Of a stretch of 57,206 bases of DNA, positions 27,966 through 35,429 are shown in pieces. The position numbers and the translations under genes are program-made. Under the pieces are notes generated by a model, which saw only the letters and a program-made list of their open reading frames with translations, searched no databases and was not told where the DNA came from. Numbering within the stretch: the first letter of the stretch is position 1; every line of letters begins with the position of its first letter. The DNA is taken from contig JACPBZ010000026.1 of NCBI GenBank assembly GCA_016180105.1, positions 1 through 57,206 of the forward strand, read 5' to 3'. The stretch comes from Candidatus Woesearchaeota archaeon (lineage in GTDB: Archaea; Nanobdellota; Nanobdellia; Woesearchaeales; UBA10216).

Positions 27966-28292
27966 ATGAAGAAGCACAGGGCTAAGGCGCATTCTGCACG
28001 TTCTGGCGGTAAGCAGGTTAAGGCCAAGAGGCCAACAACGCACGGCAGGACTGTTTCTAAGAGGGCAGCAAGGCCGCAAAAAATGCGTGCTGCAGCTAAA
28101 CCGGGGCAGGCATTTCATTCACCATCCCAGAAGGCTGCCGATGAGGTTCCAACGCTTGAGCAGGTTACCATTACTTGTGCCAACTGCGGGAGGCCTTTCA
28201 AGCTTTTCAAGCTCAAGGGCCTCAGCCTTGAGGGCACCATTTGCCAAAGGTGCAGCCTTGGCGAGATGGAGCTTCCGGAAAGCTTTGGGTAG
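27966..28292 (+). CDS. Basic protein with a C-terminal zinc ribbon
   Basis: 108 aa with a Lys/Arg-rich N-terminus and CANCG...CQRC. Confidence 0.45.
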   Translation: MKKHRAKAHSARSGGKQVKAKRPTTHGRTVSKRAARPQKMRAAAKPGQAFHSPSQKAADEVPTLEQVTITCANCGRPFKLFKLKGLSLEGTICQRCSLGEMELPESFG

Positions 28293-28335
28293 CTGCGCAG
28301 CAACCAATAAATAGCCTTTATTCGCATCTTCTTTT

Positions 28336-29088
28336 ATGGATACTGTTGAGGTGCTTCCCGGGATTGAAATAGCAGACTTGGCGCTCTATCTTAAAAAAGA
28401 GAACGTGGTTGTCATTGGAGATGTCCATCTGGGCTATGAGGATGCGATGTCGAAGCAGGGCATTTTCCTGCCAAGATTCCAGTTTAGGGACACCGTTGAC
28501 AGGTTGGAGAAAATTTTATCCTCGTTGCGGCCGCAGGGGATAAGTGTCGGTGAAAAGCTTGAAGCAGTGGTCATAAACGGAGATTTAAAGCACGAGTTTG
28601 GCAGCATTTCAGACCAGGAATGGCGCGATATTCTTAAGCTCATTGACCTGTTACTGGAGCACGCGCAGCAAGTCATAATAGTCAGGGGCAACCACGACAT
28701 CAAGCTTTCCCCCATTGCAAGGAAAAGGAGCATTGTGGTTGTCGAGAACATTTCCATCAATGACACGTTCATTTGCCACGGCCACGAAGTTCCTGCCAGC
28801 AAGGAATTCAGAGAATCGAAAATCGTCATTGTGGGCAACGAGCATCCCGCAATTTCGGTGAGGGAGGGGCCGAGGAGCGAGCTTTACAAGTGCTTCCTGC
28901 TTGGTAGATGGGATGGCAAGAAAATGGTGGTGATGCCATCATTCAATCAGATAACGATAGGCACCGACATCCTCAAGGAGAAGTTCATCAGTCCGTTCAT
29001 GCAGCAGAATCTCGGAAGCTTTGAGGTCTTTGCCGTTGCCGACAAGCCTTACCATCTCGGGAAGGTAGCTGAAGCAAAAGGTTTATGA
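28336..29088 (+). CDS. Metallophosphoesterase, SbcD/Mre11-related (MPE, TIGR00024-like)
   Basis: 250 aa with the calcineurin-like motifs GDVHLG, NGDLKHEF, VRGNHD and CHGH. Confidence 0.7.
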   Translation: MDTVEVLPGIEIADLALYLKKENVVVIGDVHLGYEDAMSKQGIFLPRFQFRDTVDRLEKILSSLRPQGISVGEKLEAVVINGDLKHEFGSISDQEWRDILKLIDLLLEHAQQVIIVRGNHDIKLSPIARKRSIVVVENISINDTFICHGHEVPASKEFRESKIVIVGNEHPAISVREGPRSELYKCFLLGRWDGKKMVVMPSFNQITIGTDILKEKFISPFMQQNLGSFEVFAVADKPYHLGKVAEAKGL

Positions 29089-29304
29089 ATAAGTTTGACT
29101 AAGTTAAGCTTAGTATGGTTCAAGCCTTGGTTGAAATTGGATGGAATTAGGTCTGATCCGACGTATCAGGGAATAAATCCAAAACATAAGCAGTCACTTA
29201 CGGCCGTGTATCGGGAAGCACGTTCTTGTTAGATCTAGTTCGGATTTCTTGCGAGTACCGGTTAGCAGTCCCAGAAGACGACAAAAATGTGGATATTTAG
29301 GCGA

Positions 29305-29338
29305 GTAGAACCTGCACTTACAGTTCACCGCCGTAACA
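29305..29338. repeat. Island-boundary repeat D, related to the flanks of repeat B
   Basis: gtagaacct-gc-acttacagttcaccgccgtaaca compares with gtcgaacct-[16 nt]-acttgcagttcagcgccgtcaca at 32537-32584. Confidence 0.7.
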
Positions 29339-29387
29339 TGGCAAGTTTTGGGCCATTTGGCTTAAGACGTTTAAAGAACAAATTGGC

Positions 29388-29660
29388 CTACTTGTCTAAG
29401 ATTATGCTTTGAGGTTGCCATCCTCTGGGAATTTTGTATCTGGTCTTTAGAAGAGTTACTGAGCTTATTCTCGCAATTACGAACGTTCTTTCTTCATTTC
29501 TCAAATGACAAAACGCAGTGATTGCGCTTTTCCAGATTTTATAGACGTCGATTACCCTTGTTGTGTGTTCATTGTTATGAGGACTGTAGTATGTTATCTT
29601 CAAACTCTTTTTATGTTCGAACGCTTTCTTCAGCAGGTTCACAATTTCGGATTTTTTCAT
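29388..29660 (-). CDS. Short stand-alone WYL-domain-like protein
   Basis: 90 aa. KSLKITYYSPHNNEHTTRVIDVYKIWKSAITAFCHLRNEERTFVIARISSV follows the WYL-domain core pattern (x-I-x-Y ... R-x-I-x-P/V ... C ... R-x-F-x-x-x-R-I). Confidence 0.55.
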   Translation of the reverse strand: MKKSEIVNLLKKAFEHKKSLKITYYSPHNNEHTTRVIDVYKIWKSAITAFCHLRNEERTFVIARISSVTLLKTRYKIPRGWQPQSIILDK

Positions 29661-29672
29661 CTGAAAAACCAG

Positions 29673-29801
29673 TTAATGCGGCCCCAGGCATCGGCATTCC
29701 TTTATGTGTGTCCAAAACTTCTTCTCGTCAGGCTTCATTTTGCAGCCGCAGCACGGGCATCTGTCTGACATTTCGAGTTCCTCTTTGTTTAGTTTACCCA
29801 T
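29673..29801 (-). CDS. 42-aa Cys-rich (putative metal-binding) micro-protein, unannotated
   Basis: Own translation: MGKLNKEELEMSDRCPCCGCKMKPDEKKFWTHIKECRCLGPH. An AGGAGG motif overlaps the HEPN stop, 4-5 nt before the ATG. The ORF is sandwiched 8 nt and 12 nt from its neighbours. Confidence 0.5.
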   Translation of the reverse strand: MGKLNKEELEMSDRCPCCGCKMKPDEKKFWTHIKECRCLGPH

Positions 29802-29809
29802 AGCTCCTC

Positions 29810-30370
29810 CTACTCAAATACTTCTCCAAGCCTTTTGACAAACTGCTTTGCGCTGCTTAACAAATCTTCAGCCAAATCTCTAGATATTTCTCCTACTTCG
29901 TAAGCTGCTGTTCTTCTTGTTTGTCTTCCTTTCGCAAGCATATCCACATATTCCTCTTTCAGCGACCTGGCTTTGTCAAGCATGTCCACAAGGCGCTCTT
30001 CCAGAATGCCCTCATGCACATAGTAGTAATACAAAGCCCAAACTGCCGCTTCATGCGGCCTTACCTTGTAGCCAATCCTGGCCAAGGCGGCCATAGCCGC
30101 ATGATACATCGCATAATATGCCGCTTCAATAACTGACTCGTAGCACCTGAACTTAGGGTTCAGACTGTGAACCTTCTTTAGCTTTTCATCTTCCGAAATG
30201 TTCCATAGCAGGTTGGCTACTACGAGGTTGAAGCCTGCCTTCTCCATGTGTTTTCCCGCAAGATGCTTGATTGTGATGTCTTTCTCGAGTGCTGGTTGCT
30301 CTCCACGCTGCGTCCTCTTGTAGTATTCTATTTTTCCTTTCAGTACTGCAAGGCTATATTTTAAGGTCAT
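29810..30370 (-). CDS. HEPN domain protein (putative toxin of the MNT-HEPN module)
   Basis: 186 aa, helical. AAYYAMYHAAMAALARIGYKVRPHEA and a C-terminal RQTRRTAAYE fit the PF05168-type HEPN pattern. It overlaps the upstream nucleotidyltransferase gene by 17 nt. Confidence 0.65.
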   Translation of the reverse strand: MTLKYSLAVLKGKIEYYKRTQRGEQPALEKDITIKHLAGKHMEKAGFNLVVANLLWNISEDEKLKKVHSLNPKFRCYESVIEAAYYAMYHAAMAALARIGYKVRPHEAAVWALYYYYVHEGILEERLVDMLDKARSLKEEYVDMLAKGRQTRRTAAYEVGEISRDLAEDLLSSAKQFVKRLGEVFE

Positions 30371-30986
30371 TTTCCACTTCCCTCACGTATTCAAAGAACT
30401 TTTCGCACCCGTAAATGACAACGTGATACCTTAAAGCTTCCTTCCCAACGTTGACGTCCTTGGAAGTGAGCATGCTTTGGAAAAGCTTCTTATCCATAAC
30501 GACGGCATTCAGCTCCACAGCATGTGCCATAGACAATGTGTTAGCTACTCTGGAAACTGTTTCCCTTTTCCTATCTTCAACAACAACCAGCAGGTCAACA
30601 TCGCTCTTTTCCCTCGCTGTGCCTTTTGCGTAGCTGCCAAAAACAGCCACAAAATGAAGGGTATTTGATTGTTTAGACTCATCAAGAAGCTTATCCAGAA
30701 TTCCCTTCAAAGTTTTATTATGTGAAAACAACTCTTTAGCCTTTGCAGCCTCACGCTGGCAAAGCAAAAGAATGGTGTTATACTCAGAAAGGTTAAGGGA
30801 GCATAAAGAAGAAGTGCCAACAACCCTCTTATTTAGGACACCATCTGCAACCATTGACATGACTTTATTGTAGATGAAGCTGTAACCTTTCCGGCCCAGT
30901 CTCCGGGCTATCTCATTGATGCTGTACTCAGCCAAAATGTTCTCATCATACAGCCCCACTATCTGCCGCTCAAGTTCGCCCGCCAT
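30354..30986 (-). CDS. wHTH-fused minimal nucleotidyltransferase (MNT, putative antitoxin)
   Basis: 210 aa with an N-terminal winged-helix-like region and the NTase motif VAVFGSYAKGTAREKSDVDLLVVV. Confidence 0.7.
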   Translation of the reverse strand: MAGELERQIVGLYDENILAEYSINEIARRLGRKGYSFIYNKVMSMVADGVLNKRVVGTSSLCSLNLSEYNTILLLCQREAAKAKELFSHNKTLKGILDKLLDESKQSNTLHFVAVFGSYAKGTAREKSDVDLLVVVEDRKRETVSRVANTLSMAHAVELNAVVMDKKLFQSMLTSKDVNVGKEALRYHVVIYGCEKFFEYVREVENDLKI

Positions 30987-31163
30987 AATTATTCCTCTTT
31001 TAAGATAACATTATCCCAAAAATAGGGTAACTGCTATATAAACTTTTTGGTGCCACAAAATGCATCAGCAGTCAGACTTCGGACAAGCTTTTTATATCCT
31101 TTCTCCGAGAGTGTGTGTAAAAGAAGCAGGACATTAGTCTTTTTATGGCTGTCAAGTTTGGTC

Positions 31164-31201
31164 GCGACGTCGCACTACTATACGCCGTCCTGTCCCGGCG
31201 T
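31164..31201. repeat. Island repeat A (38 bp, identical to repeat C)
   Basis: gcgacgtcgcactactatacgccgtcctgtcccggcgt. It contains a GCGAC|GTCGC palindrome and an ACGCCG-n8-CGGCGT hairpin. Confidence 0.9.
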
Positions 31202-31240
31202 CCTTCTCAAAACCAGAAACTTTATATAGTTGTAACATCA

Positions 31241-31261
31241 ATTAGTAGAAATATTACTAAT
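31241..31261. promoter_or_regulatory. Inverted repeat (attagta-n7-tactaat) upstream of abiEi, a candidate operator
   Basis: A perfect 7-bp inverted repeat lies 12 nt upstream of the ATG and downstream of a TTTATATA box (31221-31228). Confidence 0.35.
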
Positions 31262-31272
31262 TGGTGTTAATT

Positions 31273-31773
31273 ATGGAAGGGCTTTCAAGGAAGGAAATGG
31301 AAATTGTGTCATGGCTTGAATTTTACAACAAGTATTTCTTTTCTTCATCAGAAATAGACAGATTTGCAAAAAGCAGAACTCAGCGTTACAATTTTATCAA
31401 AAATTTGTTGAAAAAGAAACGAATTGTCAAGCTAAGCCGGGGCAGGTACTACCTGATAACTACAAAAGCCAAATCTGGAAGCTGGGCGGAACATTCCTTC
31501 ATTTTGGCAGATGAAACGTGCAGTGGTAAGGATTACGTCATCGGTGGGTGGGCAGCAGCCAACTACTGGCATCTTACTGATCAAATCCCCATGCAAATTG
31601 ATGTTTATACTACAAAACGGCAGGGTGTATTAAGAGTGCTCAATACACGCATTGTCTTTCATAGGACAACTGAACGAAGGGTGAATAGCGTTGTTGTAGG
31701 ACGCATCAGCAATCATCCCTTTAGGATTGAAAAAAAAGAGGATGCTAAAAAATGGCTGAAATCAACAAGATAA
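31273..31773 (+). CDS. AbiEi-family type IV antitoxin (transcriptional regulator)
   Basis: 166 aa from the ATG at 31273. The N-terminal wHTH with KRIVKLSRGRYYLI matches the AbiEi_4 signature. It overlaps the next gene by 22 nt. Confidence 0.65.
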   Translation: MEGLSRKEMEIVSWLEFYNKYFFSSSEIDRFAKSRTQRYNFIKNLLKKKRIVKLSRGRYYLITTKAKSGSWAEHSFILADETCSGKDYVIGGWAAANYWHLTDQIPMQIDVYTTKRQGVLRVLNTRIVFHRTTERRVNSVVVGRISNHPFRIEKKEDAKKWLKSTR

Positions 31774-32534
31774 GCCCCAGAGAATTTGCAGATATTGCTT
31801 CACGGCATCCATTTAACAATATCCTGCTCACTAAAGACTATTATGTCACCGTGTTTCTCTACTTATGCAAAGAGATTGATGGCTTGTATTTCAAAGGAGG
31901 GACCGCTCTGCAAAAAATATTTCTTAATCACAGTCGGCTAAGCGAGGATATCGATTATACTGTCACCATAGATGTGGAAGAGGCAAAAAGAGAAATAACC
32001 GAAGCGATAAAAGCGAGTCAATTTGCAACCAGCATAACCAAGGATAAGGATGTTGAAGGATTTACTCGTCTAGTTATTCACTACAAGGGTTTTGGTGATG
32101 AGGATGGAACAGTGTTTATTGACCTGAATAAGCGAGCCAGGCTCCTCCTTAAGCCTGAACGACACGAGATTAAACATTTTTATCCTGACAATATCCCAGC
32201 GTTTTCTGTCAATACTCTCGCACGAGACGAAATGTTTGCAGAAAAAGTTGCTGCCGCGGTTGGCAGGAACCGCCCAAGGGACTACTACGATGTTTACACG
32301 ATGATTAAAGCCAACCTGCCTATCAATCTTGACATAGTCAAACAGAAATGCAGGCAATCGGGCACTGAATTCAATGTTCCAAGAATGTTCAGCAAAGCCG
32401 ATAAGCTCAAAGTGAGATGGGACAGGGATATGATCCCCCTTCTGGCTGAAGAAGTTCCGTTCGTGGAAGTGATGAGAACACTGGCCAGGCACTTCAAGCT
32501 CAAGGAAGTAAAAGATACTAAAAGGGAAAGGTAG
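31752..32534 (+). CDS. AbiEii/AbiGii-family nucleotidyltransferase toxin (DUF1814)
   Basis: 260 aa with FKGGTALQKIFLNHSRLSEDIDYT, the hallmark motif of this family. Confidence 0.75.
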   Translation: MAEINKISPREFADIASRHPFNNILLTKDYYVTVFLYLCKEIDGLYFKGGTALQKIFLNHSRLSEDIDYTVTIDVEEAKREITEAIKASQFATSITKDKDVEGFTRLVIHYKGFGDEDGTVFIDLNKRARLLLKPERHEIKHFYPDNIPAFSVNTLARDEMFAEKVAAAVGRNRPRDYYDVYTMIKANLPINLDIVKQKCRQSGTEFNVPRMFSKADKLKVRWDRDMIPLLAEEVPFVEVMRTLARHFKLKEVKDTKRER

Positions 32535-32536
32535 TT

Positions 32537-32584
32537 GTCGAACCTCCTGTCCCGGCGTTATACTTGCAGTTCAGCGCCGTCACA
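32537..32584. repeat. Island repeat B, a hybrid of the A/C core and D-type flanks
   Basis: gtcgaacct + cctgtcccggcgttat + acttgcagttcagcgccgtcaca. It can fold as an imperfect long hairpin (cctgt..ccggcg / gcgccg..acagg). Confidence 0.8.
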
Positions 32585-32645
32585 GGATTGCAATCGGACA
32601 GTCAACTAAAAGAATGCTGCCTTATTTGGTCATTTGGAATTCATC

Positions 32646-33140
32646 TTATTTTATGTATGCGGGATTTTCAAGAATATTCCGTTCTTGATCTTTTCGGTTA
32701 TACGTCGTTCTTGAACAGTCCACAGGTCTGTCGAAACTTGTCAAATAGATTTCAGCAATCGCCAAAGGTCCGTGGACTAATGTTTCGTCAAGATAAAAGC
32801 AAACATTAGGTGTAATATTTTTCTGTCCACCTATAGGAATATATCCTATTGACGGCGCATCCATGTCCGGATACTTTTCATCCGTCTTCTTAGCTTTAAG
32901 TTCCAGACTCCCCTCTTTACTGTCAATATCAGAATTTCCAGTTACATTGTCCATCCATAAAAAATAGCGTGAACCACCCAATTCATAAACTATTCCAACC
33001 CCTTGATCAACTGTCTCCACAGCTCTTATTTGGCCAGTCACTTCAGGGGCTGCTTGAGCACAGGCAGATGTTATAAGAGCCGCAAGCCCACCCATTAATG
33101 CTACCCCTCTCACTTTCGAACTTAAAGACATTTCAATCAA
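32646..33140 (-). CDS. Secreted protein of unknown function
   Basis: 164 aa with an N-terminal signal peptide (VALMGGLAALITSACAQA). It lies inside the AT-rich island. Confidence 0.5.
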   Translation of the reverse strand: MIEMSLSSKVRGVALMGGLAALITSACAQAAPEVTGQIRAVETVDQGVGIVYELGGSRYFLWMDNVTGNSDIDSKEGSLELKAKKTDEKYPDMDAPSIGYIPIGGQKNITPNVCFYLDETLVHGPLAIAEIYLTSFDRPVDCSRTTYNRKDQERNILENPAYIK

Positions 33141-33260
33141 GATTCAGAAATTCGAACACCTATTTAAATTTATCTATTTTTACCACTTAATAGACGTAAA
33201 TTAAGAGCTTGCTTAACCTTTTTAATTTCCTGACAAAGGTCATATATCTTCAGAAATGGT

Positions 33261-33298
33261 GCGACGTCGCACTACTATACGCCGTCCTGTCCCGGCGT
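33261..33298. repeat. Island repeat C (38 bp, identical to repeat A)
   Basis: It has the same 38-mer as 31164-31201 and lies 12 nt from the stop of the flanking core gene. Confidence 0.9.
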
Positions 33299-33309
33299 TA
33301 AACTGCCTT

Positions 33310-33864
33310 TTACATTATCTTCTTTAGTATGTCTGACTTTGTTATGACGCCTTTCGGCTTTCCGTTTTCGGCGACTATCACGAGGGGTGAGTGCCTCAGG
33401 AGTTCGGCAACGGCGGTGAGTGACGTTGACTTTGAGACTATTGGCGGGGCTTCTTCCATTATGTCGGCCACTTGCAGCCTGTTTGGGTTTTTTCCTTCCG
33501 CTATCTTCTCTATTATGTTGCTTTCGGATATCAGCCCGGTTATTGAGCTGCTGTCCGTGACCGGCAGCTGAGATATGTTGTTTGCCTTCATTTTTTTTAC
33601 GGCTTCGGTCACTATGTCCGTCTTGTCAACAGAGATTATCTTGTGCGTTATGAGCTGCTCTGCCTTTGGCTCGTTCTTGTCTTCGAGGCCGTGAAGCGCC
33701 TCAAGCAGCTTTTTGGCATTGCTGTAAGTCGGGTCGACTCTTCCAGATTCTATTTTCGCAATGAGGCTCTGGGATACTCCGGCCAGCTTTGCAAGCGCGG
33801 TTTGGGTTAGGTTGTGCTTTTTTCTCAGGCGTTTTACTTCCGGAAGGTCCTCGAATTGGTTCAT
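33310..33864 (-). CDS. XRE-type HTH plus CBS-pair domain regulator
   Basis: 184 aa with an N-terminal HTH (LTQTALAKLAGVSQSLIAKIESGR) followed by two CBS-like repeats. Confidence 0.7.
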   Translation of the reverse strand: MNQFEDLPEVKRLRKKHNLTQTALAKLAGVSQSLIAKIESGRVDPTYSNAKKLLEALHGLEDKNEPKAEQLITHKIISVDKTDIVTEAVKKMKANNISQLPVTDSSSITGLISESNIIEKIAEGKNPNRLQVADIMEEAPPIVSKSTSLTAVAELLRHSPLVIVAENGKPKGVITKSDILKKIM

Positions 33865-33941
33865 GCCGTGGTCACTGCTGCCGGGATATAAAATACTTTC
33901 TATTTAGAATAAAAAAAGGAAAATTTTATTCCTTTAAGAAT

Positions 33942-34367
33942 TTACACGAATGATCCTTCTTCTGTGGCGGACTCCTCTATGAGGTCTTGCGCCTTGCCCG
34001 TGTATTGCTGCCCTACTGTTTGCCTTCCGCAGTATGGGCACGAGCTGACGTCAGCCTCGCGTTTTCTTGAGAACTTGAAGTGGCAGCTTCGGCAGTAGTA
34101 GCCTGTCGTGTCGCCTGCCGCGCCTATGATGGCTTCCCCTTCCTGGCCCGCCGTTGCCTCGGCTGTTGAGCCATTTCCGGATTGCCTGAACTGTGCTTGC
34201 CTTAGCCTTGCGGAAGACGATTGTGTTGTGCCTGGTTTTATTCCGCTTCGTTCCTTTTCCACGCACACCTGGCATATTAGCTTTGTTCCGCTGAGGTTGT
34301 ATCGCATCGTGCTGACTTGGGTTCTCGAGCCGCAGTTTCCGCACGTTAGCATCCCGCTCAGTGGCAT
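33942..34367 (-). CDS. Double zinc-ribbon protein
   Basis: 141 aa with CGNCG...CQVC and CRSC...CPYCG. Confidence 0.45.
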   Translation of the reverse strand: MPLSGMLTCGNCGSRTQVSTMRYNLSGTKLICQVCVEKERSGIKPGTTQSSSARLRQAQFRQSGNGSTAEATAGQEGEAIIGAAGDTTGYYCRSCHFKFSRKREADVSSCPYCGRQTVGQQYTGKAQDLIEESATEEGSFV

Positions 34368-34658
34368 GGCTTTTTTAGGCGCTTTTGTATTTTTAAAGTT
34401 TGTTATGCTTTCAGCAGTTTGCTTTTCCCGACGGCTGCGGCAGCGGTTATGCGCCTGCGTTGTTTTCGGATCTCTATTTAGAAACCTTTATATATCGCCT
34501 TTTCGTTCTTCCTGAAACGAGTGAAAGAAGAACCTGAGCTAGATTCTTCGTTTACTGGCTTTGCGCCAGCGGAAAAGGATTGATTAAATGAGCATAAACA
34601 AGACAAGCAATAGGATAGTAGCCGTTATTTCTGCGGCAGTTGAACAGGGGTGATTAGT

Positions 34659-35420
34659 ATGCAGCAGCCAATGCCTCATCAGATTATGGGTTATGATCGT
34701 GCCATTACTATGTTCAGTCCGGATGGCCGGCTTTTGCAGGTTGAGTATGCCAAGAAGACTGTTAGGCAGGGTTCCACGGCGATTGGAATGGTTTGCAAGG
34801 ATGGTGTTGTTCTTATTGCGGACAAGCGCATTGTGGACAGCCTTGTGATTGCAGAGGCTGTTGAGAAGATTTTTCCGATTGATGACCATATCGCGTCCAC
34901 TGCTTCGGGCATTCTTTCTGATGCACGTGTTTTGGTTGAGCGTGCCCAGTTGAGGGCTCAGCAGCACCACGTTACTTATGATTCGCCTGTTGACATCCTT
35001 ACCATTGTCAAGGATATTTCGAATCTTAAGCAGTTTTGCACCCAGTCTGGTGGCTTGAGGCCGTTTGGCGTTTCCTTGCTTATTGCAGGTGTTGATGAGA
35101 CTGGTCCTAAGCTGTTTGAGACTGACCCGACGGGCATTTACTTCCAGTATAAGGCTACTGTCATAGGTGAGGGCGAGCCTGAAATTGAGGAAGTGCTTAG
35201 GAAGGAGTACAGGGATGACTTGACGATGGAGGAGGCGATTAAGCTGTGCCTCAGGAGCCTTTACAAGGTGATTGAGAAGGATTTTAACTATGATAGGATT
35301 GCTGGCTCTTACATCACGACCTCAGAGAGGAGGTTTGTGAAGCTCAAGAGGGCTGAGATTGAGAAGTATATGGAGGAAGTGAAGCGGTCTGCTTCCAAGA
35401 AGAAGGAGGATAAGCCTTAA
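34659..35420 (+). CDS. psmA: Proteasome subunit alpha
   Basis: GYDRAITMFSPDGRLLQVEYA and the alpha-subunit fold pattern. A GGGGTGA Shine-Dalgarno lies upstream of the ATG at 34659. Confidence 0.92.
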   Translation: MQQPMPHQIMGYDRAITMFSPDGRLLQVEYAKKTVRQGSTAIGMVCKDGVVLIADKRIVDSLVIAEAVEKIFPIDDHIASTASGILSDARVLVERAQLRAQQHHVTYDSPVDILTIVKDISNLKQFCTQSGGLRPFGVSLLIAGVDETGPKLFETDPTGIYFQYKATVIGEGEPEIEEVLRKEYRDDLTMEEAIKLCLRSLYKVIEKDFNYDRIAGSYITTSERRFVKLKRAEIEKYMEEVKRSASKKKEDKP

Positions 35421-35429
35421 GGGGTCGCG

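Noticed and set aside
31164-33303. Integron attC sites (GTTAAAC and GTTATAC follow the repeat core, and GCTTAAC lies at 33211)
   Set aside because: The sequence between the putative R'' and R' boxes is not self-complementary as an attC bottom-strand hairpin requires. Repeat A lacks the GTTRRRY box, and no IntI or attI is present. The general possibility of recombination sites is kept, but the integron label is not supported.
34484-34658. Structured leader or small RNA upstream of psmA (alternative gttcttc/gaagaac and gaagaa/ttcttc pairings after a TTTATATAT box)
   Set aside because: The pairings are short, there is no recognisable RNA family motif, and the region could simply be a 5' UTR. 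The evidence is too weak to report as a feature.
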